Positions 24,026 through 33,381 of a DNA stretch of 33,381 bases are shown piece after piece. This DNA is from an uncultured Rikenellaceae bacterium (GTDB taxonomy: Bacteria; Bacteroidota; Bacteroidia; Bacteroidales; Tenuifilaceae), in assembly GCA_964563065.1 (NCBI GenBank), contig CAZLXF010000002.1:1-33381 (forward strand), in the 5' to 3' direction. Within the stretch, counting starts at the first letter, position 1, and each line of letters begins with the position of its first letter. The notes beneath the pieces are model-generated. The model saw only the letters and a program-made list of their open reading frames with translations. It had not been told where the DNA came from and made no database searches. The position numbers and the translations under genes are program-made.

Positions 24026-24856
24026 ATGTCTCAAGTTAAAACCGCCGATATAGCCAAACTCCGCAAACTAACCGGAGCTGGTATGATGGATTGCAAAAAA
24101 GCCCTCGAGGAGTCAAATAACGATATCGATAAGGCTGTAGAACTTATCCGCGAACGCGGAAAAGCTATTGCAAATAAGCGTGCTGACCGCGAAGCTGGAG
24201 AAGGTGCTGCATTGGCAGCAACCAATGCTAACGCTACACATGGTGCAATAGTAGTTCTTAACTGCGAAACCGACTTTGTTGCTAAAAACGATGATTTCGT
24301 AGGTCTTACCAAAAAAATTCTAACTGCTGCAATCGACAACAAACCCGCAAACCTTGATGAGCTTAAAGAAATGCAAATTGAAGGTCGCAAGGTTGTTGAT
24401 ATGGTTACCGATCAATCAGGTATTACTGGTGAGAAGTTTGAACTATCATACTACGAAATGTTAGCAGCATCTAAGGTTGTTTTTTACATCCATCCAGGCA
24501 ACAAGCTGGCAACCATTGTTGGTTTCAACAAGGCTGATTTTGACGAGCAAGTTGGTAAAGATATCGCCATGCAAATTGCTGCAATGAACCCTGTATCGAT
24601 CGACAAAGAGGATGTTCCTGAGAAGGTTCGTAAGCAGGAGTTTGAAATAGGACGCGAGCAGGCTCGTTTGGAAGGAAAACCAGAAAATATGCTTGATAAA
24701 ATTGCTGAAGGTAAACTCAACAAATTCTTCAAGGAAAGTACTCTTATGAACCAAGACTTTATTAAGGATGGCAAAACTACCGTTCGCCAGCACCTCCAGT
24801 CGGTTGATAAGGATCTGAAAGTTACTGGATTCAAACGTGTTTCGTTAACAATGTAG
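24026..24856 (+). CDS. tsf: Translation elongation factor Ts
   Basis: The N-terminal UBA-like domain reads IAKLRKLTGAGMMDCKKALEESNNDIDKAVELIRERG. LNCETDFVAKNDDF follows. Confidence 0.96.
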   Translation: MSQVKTADIAKLRKLTGAGMMDCKKALEESNNDIDKAVELIRERGKAIANKRADREAGEGAALAATNANATHGAIVVLNCETDFVAKNDDFVGLTKKILTAAIDNKPANLDELKEMQIEGRKVVDMVTDQSGITGEKFELSYYEMLAASKVVFYIHPGNKLATIVGFNKADFDEQVGKDIAMQIAAMNPVSIDKEDVPEKVRKQEFEIGREQARLEGKPENMLDKIAEGKLNKFFKESTLMNQDFIKDGKTTVRQHLQSVDKDLKVTGFKRVSLTM

Positions 24857-24877
24857 TTTTCACCGAAATATATTAGG

Positions 24878-24903
24878 AGCCACCTTTGGGGTGGCTTTTT
24901 TTT
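24878..24903 (+). terminator. Rho-independent terminator after tsf
   Basis: AGCCACC (24878-24884) pairs with GGTGGCT (24890-24896), followed by a T8 run. Confidence 0.7.
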
Positions 24904-24994
24904 ATGCATATATTTGTTGTAGTAGAAAAATTTCATATCCATATAGGTACTTATTTTCCTGTTTTACTATTTTTACAAAATAATACAAAATCGC

Positions 24995-25705
24995 ATGATT
25001 AAATATAAAAGAGTTTTACTAAAACTTAGTGGCGAAGCACTAATGGGAAGCGATAAGTATGGAATAAACACCAACATACTTACAAGCTATGCTGAGCAGA
25101 TAAAAGAAATTTCCGATTTAGGAGTTGAGGTGGCCATAGTTATTGGAGGAGGAAATATTTTCAGGGGTTTAAGCGGCGTTTCGAAGGGGTTCGATAGGGT
25201 TAAGGGCGATCAAATGGGAATGCTTGCCACTGTAATTAACAGCTTGGCGCTACAAAGCGCCATTGAGGGAGTTGGAGGAAACGCAAAAGTTTTTACTGCA
25301 ACAAAAATGGAACCTGTAGGCGAACTTTACACCAAAGCAAAAGTACTTGAGGCATTCAAAAACGGGTACGTTTCAATTATTGCAGGCGGAACCGGAAACC
25401 CATATTTCACTACCGATACAGCGTCCTCGCTTCGAGGTGTTGAGATTGAAGCCGAAGCATTACTTAAAGGCACAAGGGTTGATGGGGTTTACACAGCCGA
25501 CCCTGAAAAGGACAAGAACGCTGTTAAGTTCGATGAAATTACCTTTGCAGAAGCATACGACAAGAAACTGAAAATAATGGATTTAACAGCATTCACTTTA
25601 TGTATAGAGAATAACCTTCCAATTATTGTTTTCGATATGAACACCCCGGGCAACCTAAAAAAAGTTGTTTTTGGTGAAAAAATTGGAACTTTGGTAAAAA
25701 ATTAA
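24995..25705 (+). CDS. pyrH: UMP kinase
   Basis: The product reads YKRVLLKLSGEAL..........I...A.QI.E....GVEVAIVIGGGNIFRG and contains IIAGGTGNPYFTTDTA..LRG.EI.A. Confidence 0.96.
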   Translation: MIKYKRVLLKLSGEALMGSDKYGINTNILTSYAEQIKEISDLGVEVAIVIGGGNIFRGLSGVSKGFDRVKGDQMGMLATVINSLALQSAIEGVGGNAKVFTATKMEPVGELYTKAKVLEAFKNGYVSIIAGGTGNPYFTTDTASSLRGVEIEAEALLKGTRVDGVYTADPEKDKNAVKFDEITFAEAYDKKLKIMDLTAFTLCIENNLPIIVFDMNTPGNLKKVVFGEKIGTLVKN

Positions 25706-25737
25706 ATATTTTTACCCTCGATAAAAACGAAAAACCA

Positions 25738-26301
25738 ATGAAAGAAGAAGCCAATTTATACATAGAAATGGCCGAAGAGCGTATGAATAAGGCCATAGAG
25801 CATCTGGACAATGAGCTTAGGATTATTAGAGCCGGCAAGGCAAATCCAGCAATGCTATCCGGAATTATGGTAGACTACTACGGAACCATGACTCCCCTAC
25901 AGCAAATTTCCAACGTTGGAGCACCCGATGCCCGCACAATTACCATTCAACCATGGGAAAAACCAATGATTGGACCCATTGAGAAAGCCATAATGGCTGC
26001 AAACCTAGGTTTCAACCCACAAAACAACGGGGAATTAGTTCGCATTTCAGTTCCCCCGCTAACTGAAGAACGCAGAAAATTACTTGTTAAACAAGTAAAA
26101 AATGAGGGTGAAAATGCACGGGTTAGCATTCGTAACGCCCGCCGTGATGCCAACGAGGAAATTAAGAAACTTCAAAAAAACGGACTAGCTGAAGATATCG
26201 CCAAGGATTGTGAAAATGATATCCAAAAACTAACCGACAACTACAACAAAAAGGTGGATGAACTCCTACTGAAAAAGGAACAAGAAATTTTAACCGTATA
26301 A
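25738..26301 (+). CDS. frr: Ribosome recycling factor
   Basis: The product reads L...L..IR.G.ANP.ML..I.VDYYG..TPL.Q......PDART..IQPWEK.....IEKAI..ANLG.NP.N.G...R...PPLTEERR..L.K. Confidence 0.96.
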   Translation: MKEEANLYIEMAEERMNKAIEHLDNELRIIRAGKANPAMLSGIMVDYYGTMTPLQQISNVGAPDARTITIQPWEKPMIGPIEKAIMAANLGFNPQNNGELVRISVPPLTEERRKLLVKQVKNEGENARVSIRNARRDANEEIKKLQKNGLAEDIAKDCENDIQKLTDNYNKKVDELLLKKEQEILTV

Positions 26302-26330
26302 AAAAGGCTGTTCACAGCCTTTTTCTTTTT
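26301..26330. terminator. Bidirectional terminator between the convergent frr and isomerase-like genes
   Basis: AAAAGGCTG (26302-26310) pairs with CAGCCTTTT (26315-26323). The stem is A-rich on the left and T-rich on the right. Confidence 0.65.
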
Positions 26331-27496
26331 TATACTATCTCCATTCCTAATAAAAGAGACATTACCTTTAGCTGCAATACATTGTTGCCGGGAATAATTA
26401 AATGATGATTACCAAGCGGATGATGTGTAAAGTAGCGATGCTGCTCCTTTTCAAATTTTAGGGCAAGTTGGGTTCTACATGCGTTCTTCGAGTAGGTGTG
26501 CTTTTCGGCAGTCCCCAAGCCAATAAAAATTTTCGAAAGAGACTTGTCAACCCTAAAAACAGTGAATTCGGTCCCTTTGAGTTTAGCGTTTATTGCAGCC
26601 CCTTTACCTGTTTCGAAATGGGTTTCAACAGAAAAATCGGAGATTAAGTTAGCAGGAATGGTACAATGGGCAAATAAAATATTTACATCGTTCACGTAGG
26701 CAACATTTGCCATCCATGGCGAAACGCCAAGAATTTCTTTACCTAACATCATTCCAATAACGCTGCAAATATCGCCTTCGCATCCAGCAGGAATCCCATC
26801 CATGCTCAACTTCGACAAACCCAAGCAAGCAGTTGTATTACAAGCATTCACAAGCGAAAAACATTCAACAGTAACTGCGCTCAGCTGTTTGTCAGCCACT
26901 TGCTTTGCAATGGCCTCGTAAACCTTCCCCGCCTTTTCAATACCACTGTTCTTGTCGGACTTGAAGAACGAGAGGAAATCGGCTGCAACATTCGTTTGCT
27001 CTAAAGGATTCACTTCATTCCAAGGAATGGAAACCTGGTCAACATCAAGTTTATCCTTTATTACCTGTGGATCAATTACTGAATTTATTAACCAATCGGA
27101 AGGTTGGCCGATCAATCCAAATCGTTTGCCTTTTAAGTTTTCAAGCCCTTTCCTAGCAGCGTATAACGATGCAACCAGCTGCACAGTTTCTGCCTTTGAT
27201 TGGTCGGCTAGCATACACGAAATATCGTTTGCATCCATCCATCCCTTAACTTCTGTTGCGGCTGCCCAAGAGTTTTCACTTGGAGATGCGATAAGAAGGT
27301 AAAATTTGTTGGGTTTCACCTCCTGAACAACCTGTGACTCGGAACCACCTGTAAGAAAAACGAAAATATCGGGGTTGGAGTCAACAAACTCAACCTTGTC
27401 CTGAGGAAAAAGGTGCAAAAGTTTCTTTTTTGCTCTAGAAAAAACACCAAGTTCGGCATTTGTATACGCCAGTAACTTTACCCTTAGCTTGTACAT
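26330..27496 (-). CDS. L-fucose/L-arabinose-isomerase-like family protein (weak call)
   Basis: The 388-aa product has a central GCEGDICSVIGMMLG segment and a C-terminal HHPLGNHHLIIPGN segment. These resemble the metal- and substrate-site segments of sugar isomerases of that superfamily. The N-terminal part looks like a Rossmann-like swivel domain. Confidence 0.45.
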   Translation of the reverse strand: MYKLRVKLLAYTNAELGVFSRAKKKLLHLFPQDKVEFVDSNPDIFVFLTGGSESQVVQEVKPNKFYLLIASPSENSWAAATEVKGWMDANDISCMLADQSKAETVQLVASLYAARKGLENLKGKRFGLIGQPSDWLINSVIDPQVIKDKLDVDQVSIPWNEVNPLEQTNVAADFLSFFKSDKNSGIEKAGKVYEAIAKQVADKQLSAVTVECFSLVNACNTTACLGLSKLSMDGIPAGCEGDICSVIGMMLGKEILGVSPWMANVAYVNDVNILFAHCTIPANLISDFSVETHFETGKGAAINAKLKGTEFTVFRVDKSLSKIFIGLGTAEKHTYSKNACRTQLALKFEKEQHRYFTHHPLGNHHLIIPGNNVLQLKVMSLLLGMEIV

Positions 27497-27584
27497 ATCA
27501 TTAATAGTTTGAAAACTAATTCCAAAGATGTAATATTTTGGTGAAAAAGTAAACAGATTTGCACTTCTTCAACACAAATAAATT

Positions 27585-28607
27585 TCACTTAATTGTAAAA
27601 TCGAGGGGAGTACGACCATAAGGGCAATCGGAACATACTGGCATTGCGCCCCTTCGGGTTAACAGGTTTTTCCTAAACCTACTATAATGCTTCGATTTCC
27701 ACGATTCTTTTAGTAAAGAAAACCGAATTGAGCCCATTACGTAGAAAGCGTTTTTATCGAAGCAGCAAGGTACAATCCATCCATCGTGAGTTACCGAAAG
27801 CTTAAACCAGGGAGCGCTACATGGTTTATTTGCATTCCCTTTAATTAATGCAGTTCCAACTTTGTTGGTACAATAACGACTATACTTGGTTCCCATAGGA
27901 ACCAAAACTTCAGGATCGATTCCCGAAATTACCTGAACCGTTTTTAGCCTTACCAAATCGGCGCCCAACTTTTTTGCTTCAACATTGAACTTCGATATGC
28001 TGTCAAGATTATTCTTAAACATCAGAAGTTCAAGAACAACTATTGGGTATTGGCTACCTAAACTTTTTTTTGCACTTACAATTGCATTAATTCCCAAAAT
28101 TGCAGCTTCTTTTTTGTCCCCGCGCCTGTATTGTCCCAGGTTATTAAAATCGGCCGAATCGAGCGAAACAACAATCTTTTTTAAACCCGATTTCACTAGC
28201 AGGGCAGCATTACTCTCATTAATAAGAGTAGCATTAGTAGCCATTTCAGTTATTAACCGTTTCGATGTGGCAAATGAGATAAATGGGATAATACTAGAAC
28301 TCATCATAGGTTCGCCCTGAAAATGGAGAAGAAGGGTATAGGCAAACCCCGAAACTTGGTTGACAATCGTTTTGAAGGTTTCAAAATCCATTTCGCCACC
28401 TCGTCTTTTAAGTTCTCCTCGTCCTGTGGTACACTCGGGGCACTTAAGGTTACATCGGGTTGTAGGCTCAAGCGAAATGCTGTATGGATTACCAAAAACA
28501 AGCGGCTTTCGAAATAAAACGGATGAAAAATACCCTATATAGCACATGAGAAGATTAATCAATCTTCTCAACGTAGTGTGCCGAATGTAAAGAAAAAGTT
28601 CCTTCAA
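27585..28607 (-). CDS. Radical SAM enzyme with a C-terminal SPASM/twitch-type Cys cluster
   Basis: The N-terminal segment is hydrophobic. The radical SAM motif is EPTTRCNLKCPEC (CX3CX2C). FQGEPMM is present. The C-terminal cysteines are C..PW..L.V..DG.IVPCCFD...CSDCPYG. Confidence 0.8.
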   Translation of the reverse strand: MKELFLYIRHTTLRRLINLLMCYIGYFSSVLFRKPLVFGNPYSISLEPTTRCNLKCPECTTGRGELKRRGGEMDFETFKTIVNQVSGFAYTLLLHFQGEPMMSSSIIPFISFATSKRLITEMATNATLINESNAALLVKSGLKKIVVSLDSADFNNLGQYRRGDKKEAAILGINAIVSAKKSLGSQYPIVVLELLMFKNNLDSISKFNVEAKKLGADLVRLKTVQVISGIDPEVLVPMGTKYSRYCTNKVGTALIKGNANKPCSAPWFKLSVTHDGWIVPCCFDKNAFYVMGSIRFSLLKESWKSKHYSRFRKNLLTRRGAMPVCSDCPYGRTPLDFTIK

Positions 28608-28658
28608 TATTGAAGTTGTTAAACTTTGAAGTACTTGTGGTTAGAACTAGCAAAGCAA

Positions 28659-29690
28659 CTAATTCCCTTCAAGTATTTCGAATATTTCGTCGAGTTTTGG
28701 AGTAAGTATAATTTCGGTTCTTCTGTTTTTCTGCCTGGCTTCGGGGGTTTTTGCTGGATCCACCGGATGATACTCACTACGTCCCGAAGCAGAAATTCGA
28801 GCCGGTGTTATATTTGAACCATCGAGAAGAATTCGAACAATTGAGGTTGCCCTCTTTACGCTTAAATCCCAGTTATCGAGGAGTTCCCCACGACCTGCAA
28901 ACCGAACATCGTCGGTATGGCCCTCAACCACAATGTTGATATCTGAGTTTTGCTCCAGAACGGGAATCAACTGCTTAAGGGCTGTAACCCCGTTTGCGTC
29001 AACAACGTGGCTCCCCGATTTAAACATCAGCTTCTCCTCCAGGGAAACGTAAACCTTACCGTTTTGTAGCTTCACGCTGAGTCCTTTGCCCTCAAACCCG
29101 AAAAGCGCATCGGCAACTTTGCGTCGAAGTGCCAGCACTGCCGAATCCTTTCGCGCCAGAATTTGCTCAAGTTCTGTGAGCCTTGCATTCCTTTCCTCAA
29201 GATCCTTCTTCAACGCTTCGAGGCTATCCTGAAGTGCATCCAGCTCACGGCTTCGAAGGTTTAACCTACGTTCCGATTCCTTAAGTGCGTCCTCCTTAAC
29301 CTGAAGTTCTTCCTGAGTTTTCTGAAGCTGAGCTAAAACCTTTCGGGTTTCCTTGTGGGTTCCCGACATTAAGCCCTCTTGAAGATGCTGCAATTCAGCA
29401 TATCTACTCGAGAGTTTCTGGTTCTCATCCTTTAACGATGCTAACTCCAACGATCGTGAAGCGCTATCGGCTAATAGCTTATCGACCTCGGTTTGTAAAA
29501 CCTCAACTTTGGTTGATAGCTCTGCTGATCTGACGTTTAGCGATTCATTTTCGGTTGAGAATCGTTCCCTCTCCTCCTCGCATTTAAGGTTTTTGTCCTG
29601 CAATGCCTGAAACTCTTTGGCAGGTACACAGGCAAAAAGCACTAACGATACCAAGCCGATTCCAATAAGATTTATCTTCATTTTTGTCAT
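28659..29690 (-). CDS. OmpA-family lipoprotein with a long coiled-coil spacer
   Basis: The lipobox is LVLFAC. About 170 aa of coiled coil follow (repeated LQ/EEL/LE heptads). The C-terminal OmpA_C-like domain reads VEGHTDDV.......DNWDLSVKRATSIVRIL...GRSEYHPV.......ARQKNRRTEI. Confidence 0.85.
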   Translation of the reverse strand: MTKMKINLIGIGLVSLVLFACVPAKEFQALQDKNLKCEEERERFSTENESLNVRSAELSTKVEVLQTEVDKLLADSASRSLELASLKDENQKLSSRYAELQHLQEGLMSGTHKETRKVLAQLQKTQEELQVKEDALKESERRLNLRSRELDALQDSLEALKKDLEERNARLTELEQILARKDSAVLALRRKVADALFGFEGKGLSVKLQNGKVYVSLEEKLMFKSGSHVVDANGVTALKQLIPVLEQNSDINIVVEGHTDDVRFAGRGELLDNWDLSVKRATSIVRILLDGSNITPARISASGRSEYHPVDPAKTPEARQKNRRTEIILTPKLDEIFEILEGN

Positions 29691-29712
29691 AATATCCTAG
29701 TTTTCTAAACAG

Positions 29713-29720
29713 CAAATATA
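29713..29720 (-). promoter_or_regulatory. Bacteroidota -7 box
   Basis: The minus strand reads TATATTTG, 23 nt upstream of the ATG at 29690. Confidence 0.35.
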
Positions 29721-29868
29721 AAAATACTAAGCATGCAATTGGCACTAAAAGCCAAAACATTATCCACAAAACAAAACTCAATTGTTAATAATTCGTATTA
29801 TGAATGATAGGGTCACTTTTCAACGAATCAAAAATGTGAGCCCAAACCTTTTTTTATTTTATTTGTTT

Positions 29869-29876
29869 TAACTTTG
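29869..29876 (+). promoter_or_regulatory. Bacteroidota -7 box for dxs
   Basis: TAACTTTG lies 19 nt upstream of the ATG at 29895. Confidence 0.35.
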
Positions 29877-29894
29877 CAGAAATTGAGTTAAAGA

Positions 29895-31814
29895 ATGGGA
29901 AATCAGCACCCTTTGCTAAACAAGATTAACTCACCCAATGACCTGAAGAAACTTAAGGTTGATGAGTTAGTTTCGCTTAGCGATGAGTTACGTCAGTTTA
30001 TAATCGATGTTGTATCATCGAATCCGGGGCATTTTGGAGCAAGCCTTGGTGTTGTGGAATTAACGGTTGCGTTGCATTACGTTTTCAACACACCTAACGA
30101 CCGAATTATTTGGGATGTTGGCCATCAGGCCTACGGGCACAAAATTTTAACCGGCCGACGCGATGCATTTCACACAAACCGTAAATATGGGGGAATTAGC
30201 GGTTTCCCAAAACGTAGCGAAAGCGAGTACGATGCATTTGGAACTGGACACAGTTCCACCTCAATTTCTGCGGGGCTTGGAATGGCATTAGCTTCAGCAA
30301 TAAAAGGCGAAGAGAGGCAAACCATTGCAGTAATTGGCGATGGCTCCTTGTCCGCCGGAATGGCATTCGAGGGGCTGAATAATGGCGGATCAATAAAATC
30401 GAATCTTCTGGTTATTCTCAACGACAACAACATGGCTATAGACCCAAATGTTGGTGCGCTTAAGGAATACCTGCTTGATATTACCACGTCGCAAACTTAC
30501 AATCGAATTAAAAAGGATGTTTGGAATTTGCTTGGGAAACTAGACAAGATTGCCCCGAGCACTCGTTCTGCAGTTCAGAAACTAGAGAATGCTATTAAGT
30601 CGGCTGTTCTCAAACAGAGTAATCTTTTTGAATCCCTAGGATTCAGATATTTCGGTCCAGTGGATGGACACGATGTTGTTTACCTAACTCAGGTTCTAAA
30701 TGATTTAAAGAATATTCCCGGACCTAAGCTTCTTCACTGTGTTACAGTAAAAGGGAAAGGATTTACTCCAGCAGAAAAAGATCAAACCATATGGCATGCA
30801 CCGGGGCTTTTCGACAAGAATACGGGAGAACGGATTGTTCTTAAAACCGACAAGCCCACTCCTCCCCGATTTCAGGATGTTTTTGGACACACGCTAGTTG
30901 AGCTCGCAGAGCAAAACCAAAAAATTGTGGGCATTACCCCAGCCATGCCCACTGGTTGTTCCATGAACATTATGATGGAAAAGATTCCAGATCGCACATT
31001 TGACGTTGGTATTGCCGAACAGCATGCAGTTACCTTTGCAGCCGGATTGGCTGCCGAAGGGCTGGTTCCGTTCTGTAACATATACTCATCGTTTATGCAG
31101 CGAGCATACGACCAGGTTGTGCACGATGCTGCACTTCAAAATCTAAACGTAATTTTCTGTCTCGACCGCGGCGGTTTGGTTGGTGACGATGGAGCAACAC
31201 ATCACGGAGTTTTCGATATCGCCTACATGCGAGCCATCCCAAATATTACCATTTGCTCGCCCATGAACGAGGAGGAACTGCGAAATATGATGTTCACTGC
31301 TCAGCAGGAAAACATGGGGACATGGAGCATTCGCTACCCACGCGGAAACGGCGTAATGGCAAACTGGCAAAAACCGTTCCGTGCATTAGAACCCGGTAAA
31401 GCACAACTTTTAAGAGATGGGCACGATATTGCCATTCTATCGCTTGGCCCGCTTGGAAACATTGCAGCAAAAGCTATTGAAAGGCTTGCTGAAGAGGGAA
31501 TAAGCGTTGCACACTTCGATATGCGATTCGTAAAGCCCCTCGACGAGCAGCTGCTAGCGCAGATTGGCAAACGCTTCAAAAATATTATTACCATTGAGGA
31601 TGGATGCCTACAGGGAGGTTTCGGCTCGGCTGTGCTGGAATGGCTAAACGATAATGGATTTAACACACAAGTTACTCGTTTGGGTATTCCCGACCGTTTT
31701 ATAGAACATGGAACCCAGTCCGAACTTTACCGCGAATGCGGTATTGATGCAGAAGGCATTTACAATGCCGCCAAAAAAATTGCCGCACCGAAGTTAATTG
31801 GGAAGGTTGTTTAA
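29895..31814 (+). CDS. dxs: 1-deoxy-D-xylulose-5-phosphate synthase
   Basis: The product reads [41 protein letters not shown]. The TPP motif is [17 protein letters not shown]...[24 protein letters not shown] is also present. Confidence 0.96.
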   Translation: MGNQHPLLNKINSPNDLKKLKVDELVSLSDELRQFIIDVVSSNPGHFGASLGVVELTVALHYVFNTPNDRIIWDVGHQAYGHKILTGRRDAFHTNRKYGGISGFPKRSESEYDAFGTGHSSTSISAGLGMALASAIKGEERQTIAVIGDGSLSAGMAFEGLNNGGSIKSNLLVILNDNNMAIDPNVGALKEYLLDITTSQTYNRIKKDVWNLLGKLDKIAPSTRSAVQKLENAIKSAVLKQSNLFESLGFRYFGPVDGHDVVYLTQVLNDLKNIPGPKLLHCVTVKGKGFTPAEKDQTIWHAPGLFDKNTGERIVLKTDKPTPPRFQDVFGHTLVELAEQNQKIVGITPAMPTGCSMNIMMEKIPDRTFDVGIAEQHAVTFAAGLAAEGLVPFCNIYSSFMQRAYDQVVHDAALQNLNVIFCLDRGGLVGDDGATHHGVFDIAYMRAIPNITICSPMNEEELRNMMFTAQQENMGTWSIRYPRGNGVMANWQKPFRALEPGKAQLLRDGHDIAILSLGPLGNIAAKAIERLAEEGISVAHFDMRFVKPLDEQLLAQIGKRFKNIITIEDGCLQGGFGSAVLEWLNDNGFNTQVTRLGIPDRFIEHGTQSELYRECGIDAEGIYNAAKKIAAPKLIGKVV

Positions 31815-31883
31815 TTTCAACTCCCAACTTCTTGCCCAATCAAAAAAAGTAGCTATTTTTGCATTCCCAACAAACCAGCATTT

Positions 31884-31967
31884 GCCCGGATGGCGGAATT
31901 GGTAGACGCGCTGGTCTCAAACACCAGTGGTAGCAATACCGTGCCGGTTCGACCCCGGCTCCGGGTA
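31884..31967 (+). tRNA. tRNA-Leu (anticodon CAA), type II with a long variable arm
   Basis: The fold is GCCCGGA-TG-GCG-GAATTGGTAGA-CGC-G-CTGGT-CTCAAAC-ACCAG-T-GGTAGCAATACC-G-TGCCGG?TTCGACC-CCGGC-TCCGGGT-A. The acceptor has a G1-U72 wobble, the anticodon loop is CTCAAAC, and the variable arm stem is GGTA/TACC. Confidence 0.9.
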
Positions 31968-31976
31968 CAAAAAACG

Positions 31977-32004
31977 AAACCCTCAAGTATTTGAGGGTTT
32001 TTTT
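31977..32004 (+). terminator. Rho-independent terminator after tRNA-Leu
   Basis: AAACCCTCAA (31977-31986) pairs with TTGAGGGTTT (31991-32000), and the T-run continues to 32004. Confidence 0.7.
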
Positions 32005-32062
32005 GTATATTTCCCAATAATTACATTCCTCTTTTTTGCTGAATATCAAAACCGTAACCCAC

Positions 32063-32533
32063 ATGAACTCAGAATCAGAATTATACCCATACGGAGAGAA
32101 GCAACCCGACTTCGATAGGCGTTACCTTGAGATGGCCCATATTTGGTCCAAAAACTCGTACTGTAAACGCAGACAGGTTGGAGCGTTGATTGTTAAGAAC
32201 AGAATGATTATTTCCGATGGCTACAACGGAACGCCCAGCGGTTTCGAGAATGTTTGCGAGGACGAAAGCGGCAAAACCAAACCCTACGTTCTTCACGCCG
32301 AGGCCAACGCCATAACCAAAGTAGCAAAATCAAACAATAGCAGCGAGGGAGCAACTCTTTACGTTACCTCCTCACCTTGCATGGAATGCTCAAAGCTAAT
32401 TATTCAGGCTGGGGTTAAACGGGTGGTTTACAGTGATGATTACAGAGTTATGGAAGGCATTGAACTCTTGGAGCGAGCAGGCATTGAGATTGTAAAAATT
32501 GAAATGAACCCGCCAACTACTAAAAAAGGTTAA
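32063..32533 (+). CDS. Deoxycytidylate (dCMP) deaminase / ComEB-type CMP deaminase
   Basis: I prefer the ATG at 32063 to the TTG at 32036. The product reads YLEMAHIWSKNSYCKRRQVGALIV......SDGYNGTPSG. The zinc motifs are HAEANAI and SPCMECSKLI. Confidence 0.9.
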   Translation: MNSESELYPYGEKQPDFDRRYLEMAHIWSKNSYCKRRQVGALIVKNRMIISDGYNGTPSGFENVCEDESGKTKPYVLHAEANAITKVAKSNNSSEGATLYVTSSPCMECSKLIIQAGVKRVVYSDDYRVMEGIELLERAGIEIVKIEMNPPTTKKG

Positions 32534-32615
32534 ATACCCTAATTATTCTCCCAATACTTCAGCAAACAACCTACAAAAACATAACTTTGAAGGTTGAATA
32601 CAACAGTTGCTAAGC

Positions 32616-33381
32616 ATGAAATACAATAACAGTAAGCGCGATATAATATATCCAATAGCACTTGCCCTAGTTTTAGTGGTTGGTGTTATACTAGGAGTTA
32701 CGCTAAAAAAGGATCCGGGCAGAACTAGCTTAACCATCTACCCTCGCTCCGACAAACTATCGAACGTTTTGAAATACATTGAGGATCAGTATGTAGACAC
32801 CGTATCGATGAATGAACTGGTGGAAAACACCATTCCTACCATTCTTAAAAATCTCGATCCACACTCCATTTACATTCCCGCATCGGAGCTAAAGGAGGTG
32901 AACGAACCACTCGAAGGAGGTTTTGATGGAATTGGCATTTCTTTCAACATGCCCAACGACACAATCATTGTTATCAATGTAATTCAAGGCGGACCCTCGG
33001 AAAGAATTGGTTTGCTGGCTGGTGACCGAATTGTAACCATTGATGATTCAGTTATAGCCGGGAAGAAGGTTCCTCAGGACGATATTGTAAAAATGCTGAA
33101 GGGCCCAACCGGAACTAAAGTAAAAGTTGGAATAGCAAGGAAAGAGGTTGAAGAACTTATTGTTTTTGAGATTTCTCGCGACAAGATTCCCCTTTACAGC
33201 ATTGATGTTAGCTACATGCTAAACGAGAAGTTAGGTTACGTTAAAATTACACGTTTTGCCCGCACAACCTACCGGGAGTTCCTTGATGCAGTTGACAAGC
33301 TTCAAGCGCAAGGAATGACTGAACTAATTATTGACCTAAGAGGGAACAATGGCGGATACATGGATGCTGCTACAAACATTG
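32616..33381 (+). CDS. S41-family C-terminal processing peptidase (Ctp), N-terminal part; the gene runs off the window edge
   Basis: My translation from the ATG at 32616 gives MKYNNSKRDIIYPIALALVLVVGVILG (TM). It continues with ...LDPHSIYIPASELKEVNEPLEGGFDGIGISFNMPNDTIIVINVIQGGPSERIGLLAGDRIVTID (PDZ) and ends ...IIDLRGNNGGY. It is absent from the ORF track because there is no stop codon in the window. Confidence 0.88.
   Translation, partial: MKYNNSKRDIIYPIALALVLVVGVILGVTLKKDPGRTSLTIYPRSDKLSNVLKYIEDQYVDTVSMNELVENTIPTILKNLDPHSIYIPASELKEVNEPLEGGFDGIGISFNMPNDTIIVINVIQGGPSERIGLLAGDRIVTIDDSVIAGKKVPQDDIVKMLKGPTGTKVKVGIARKEVEELIVFEISRDKIPLYSIDVSYMLNEKLGYVKITRFARTTYREFLDAVDKLQAQGMTELIIDLRGNNGGYMDAATNI

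Noticed and set aside
31840-32064. A 74-aa minus-strand ORF and a 63-aa plus-strand ORF (31927-32118).
   Set aside because: Both overlap the tRNA-Leu gene and its terminator, so they are spurious.
1-33381. A search for CRISPR arrays, tandem or direct DNA repeats, IS elements and frameshifted pseudogenes.
   Set aside because: I saw no regularly spaced repeats, no transposase-like ORFs and no adjacent same-family ORF fragments. The only repetition is at protein level: the GAF, CheR and EE-heptad paralogy.

Overview
This is a Bacteroidota-type chromosomal segment of about 40% GC. Support for that call: many genes are preceded by TAnnTTTG -7 boxes, and the L13 N-terminus is MDTLSYKT. The flanks are ordinary housekeeping. 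On the left are a blaI/blaR1-like pair, a TonB-like protein, an LPG-synthase-TM/flippase-like protein, purQ and a putative outer-membrane barrel. On the right are tRNA-Asn, a PfkB kinase, mpg, an O-antigen-ligase-like protein, rplM-rpsI-rpsB-tsf, pyrH-frr, an isomerase-like protein plus a radical SAM/SPASM protein, an OmpA-family lipoprotein, dxs, tRNA-Leu, dCMP deaminase and a partial S41 peptidase. The centre (4826-18486) is the part worth attention. It holds eleven tightly spaced genes on the same strand. A chemotaxis-type methylation module comes first: two CheR paralogs and a REC-less CheB, with no CheA, CheW, CheY or classical MCP in the window. Three paralogous membrane GAF sensors are interleaved with it. 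One of these ends in a PP2C/SpoIIE phosphatase and is followed by SiaB-like kinase and SiaC-like (DUF1987) genes, with no diguanylate cyclase. Next come a TerB-like/FHA-like ABCG-type exporter and two secreted proteins of unknown family. Both large sensors carry heptad-spaced Glu-Glu pairs that include an exact EExxAT methylation-consensus match. I saw no CRISPR array, transposase, integrase or obvious pseudogene. All family calls come from motif recognition by eye and need HMM or BLAST confirmation.
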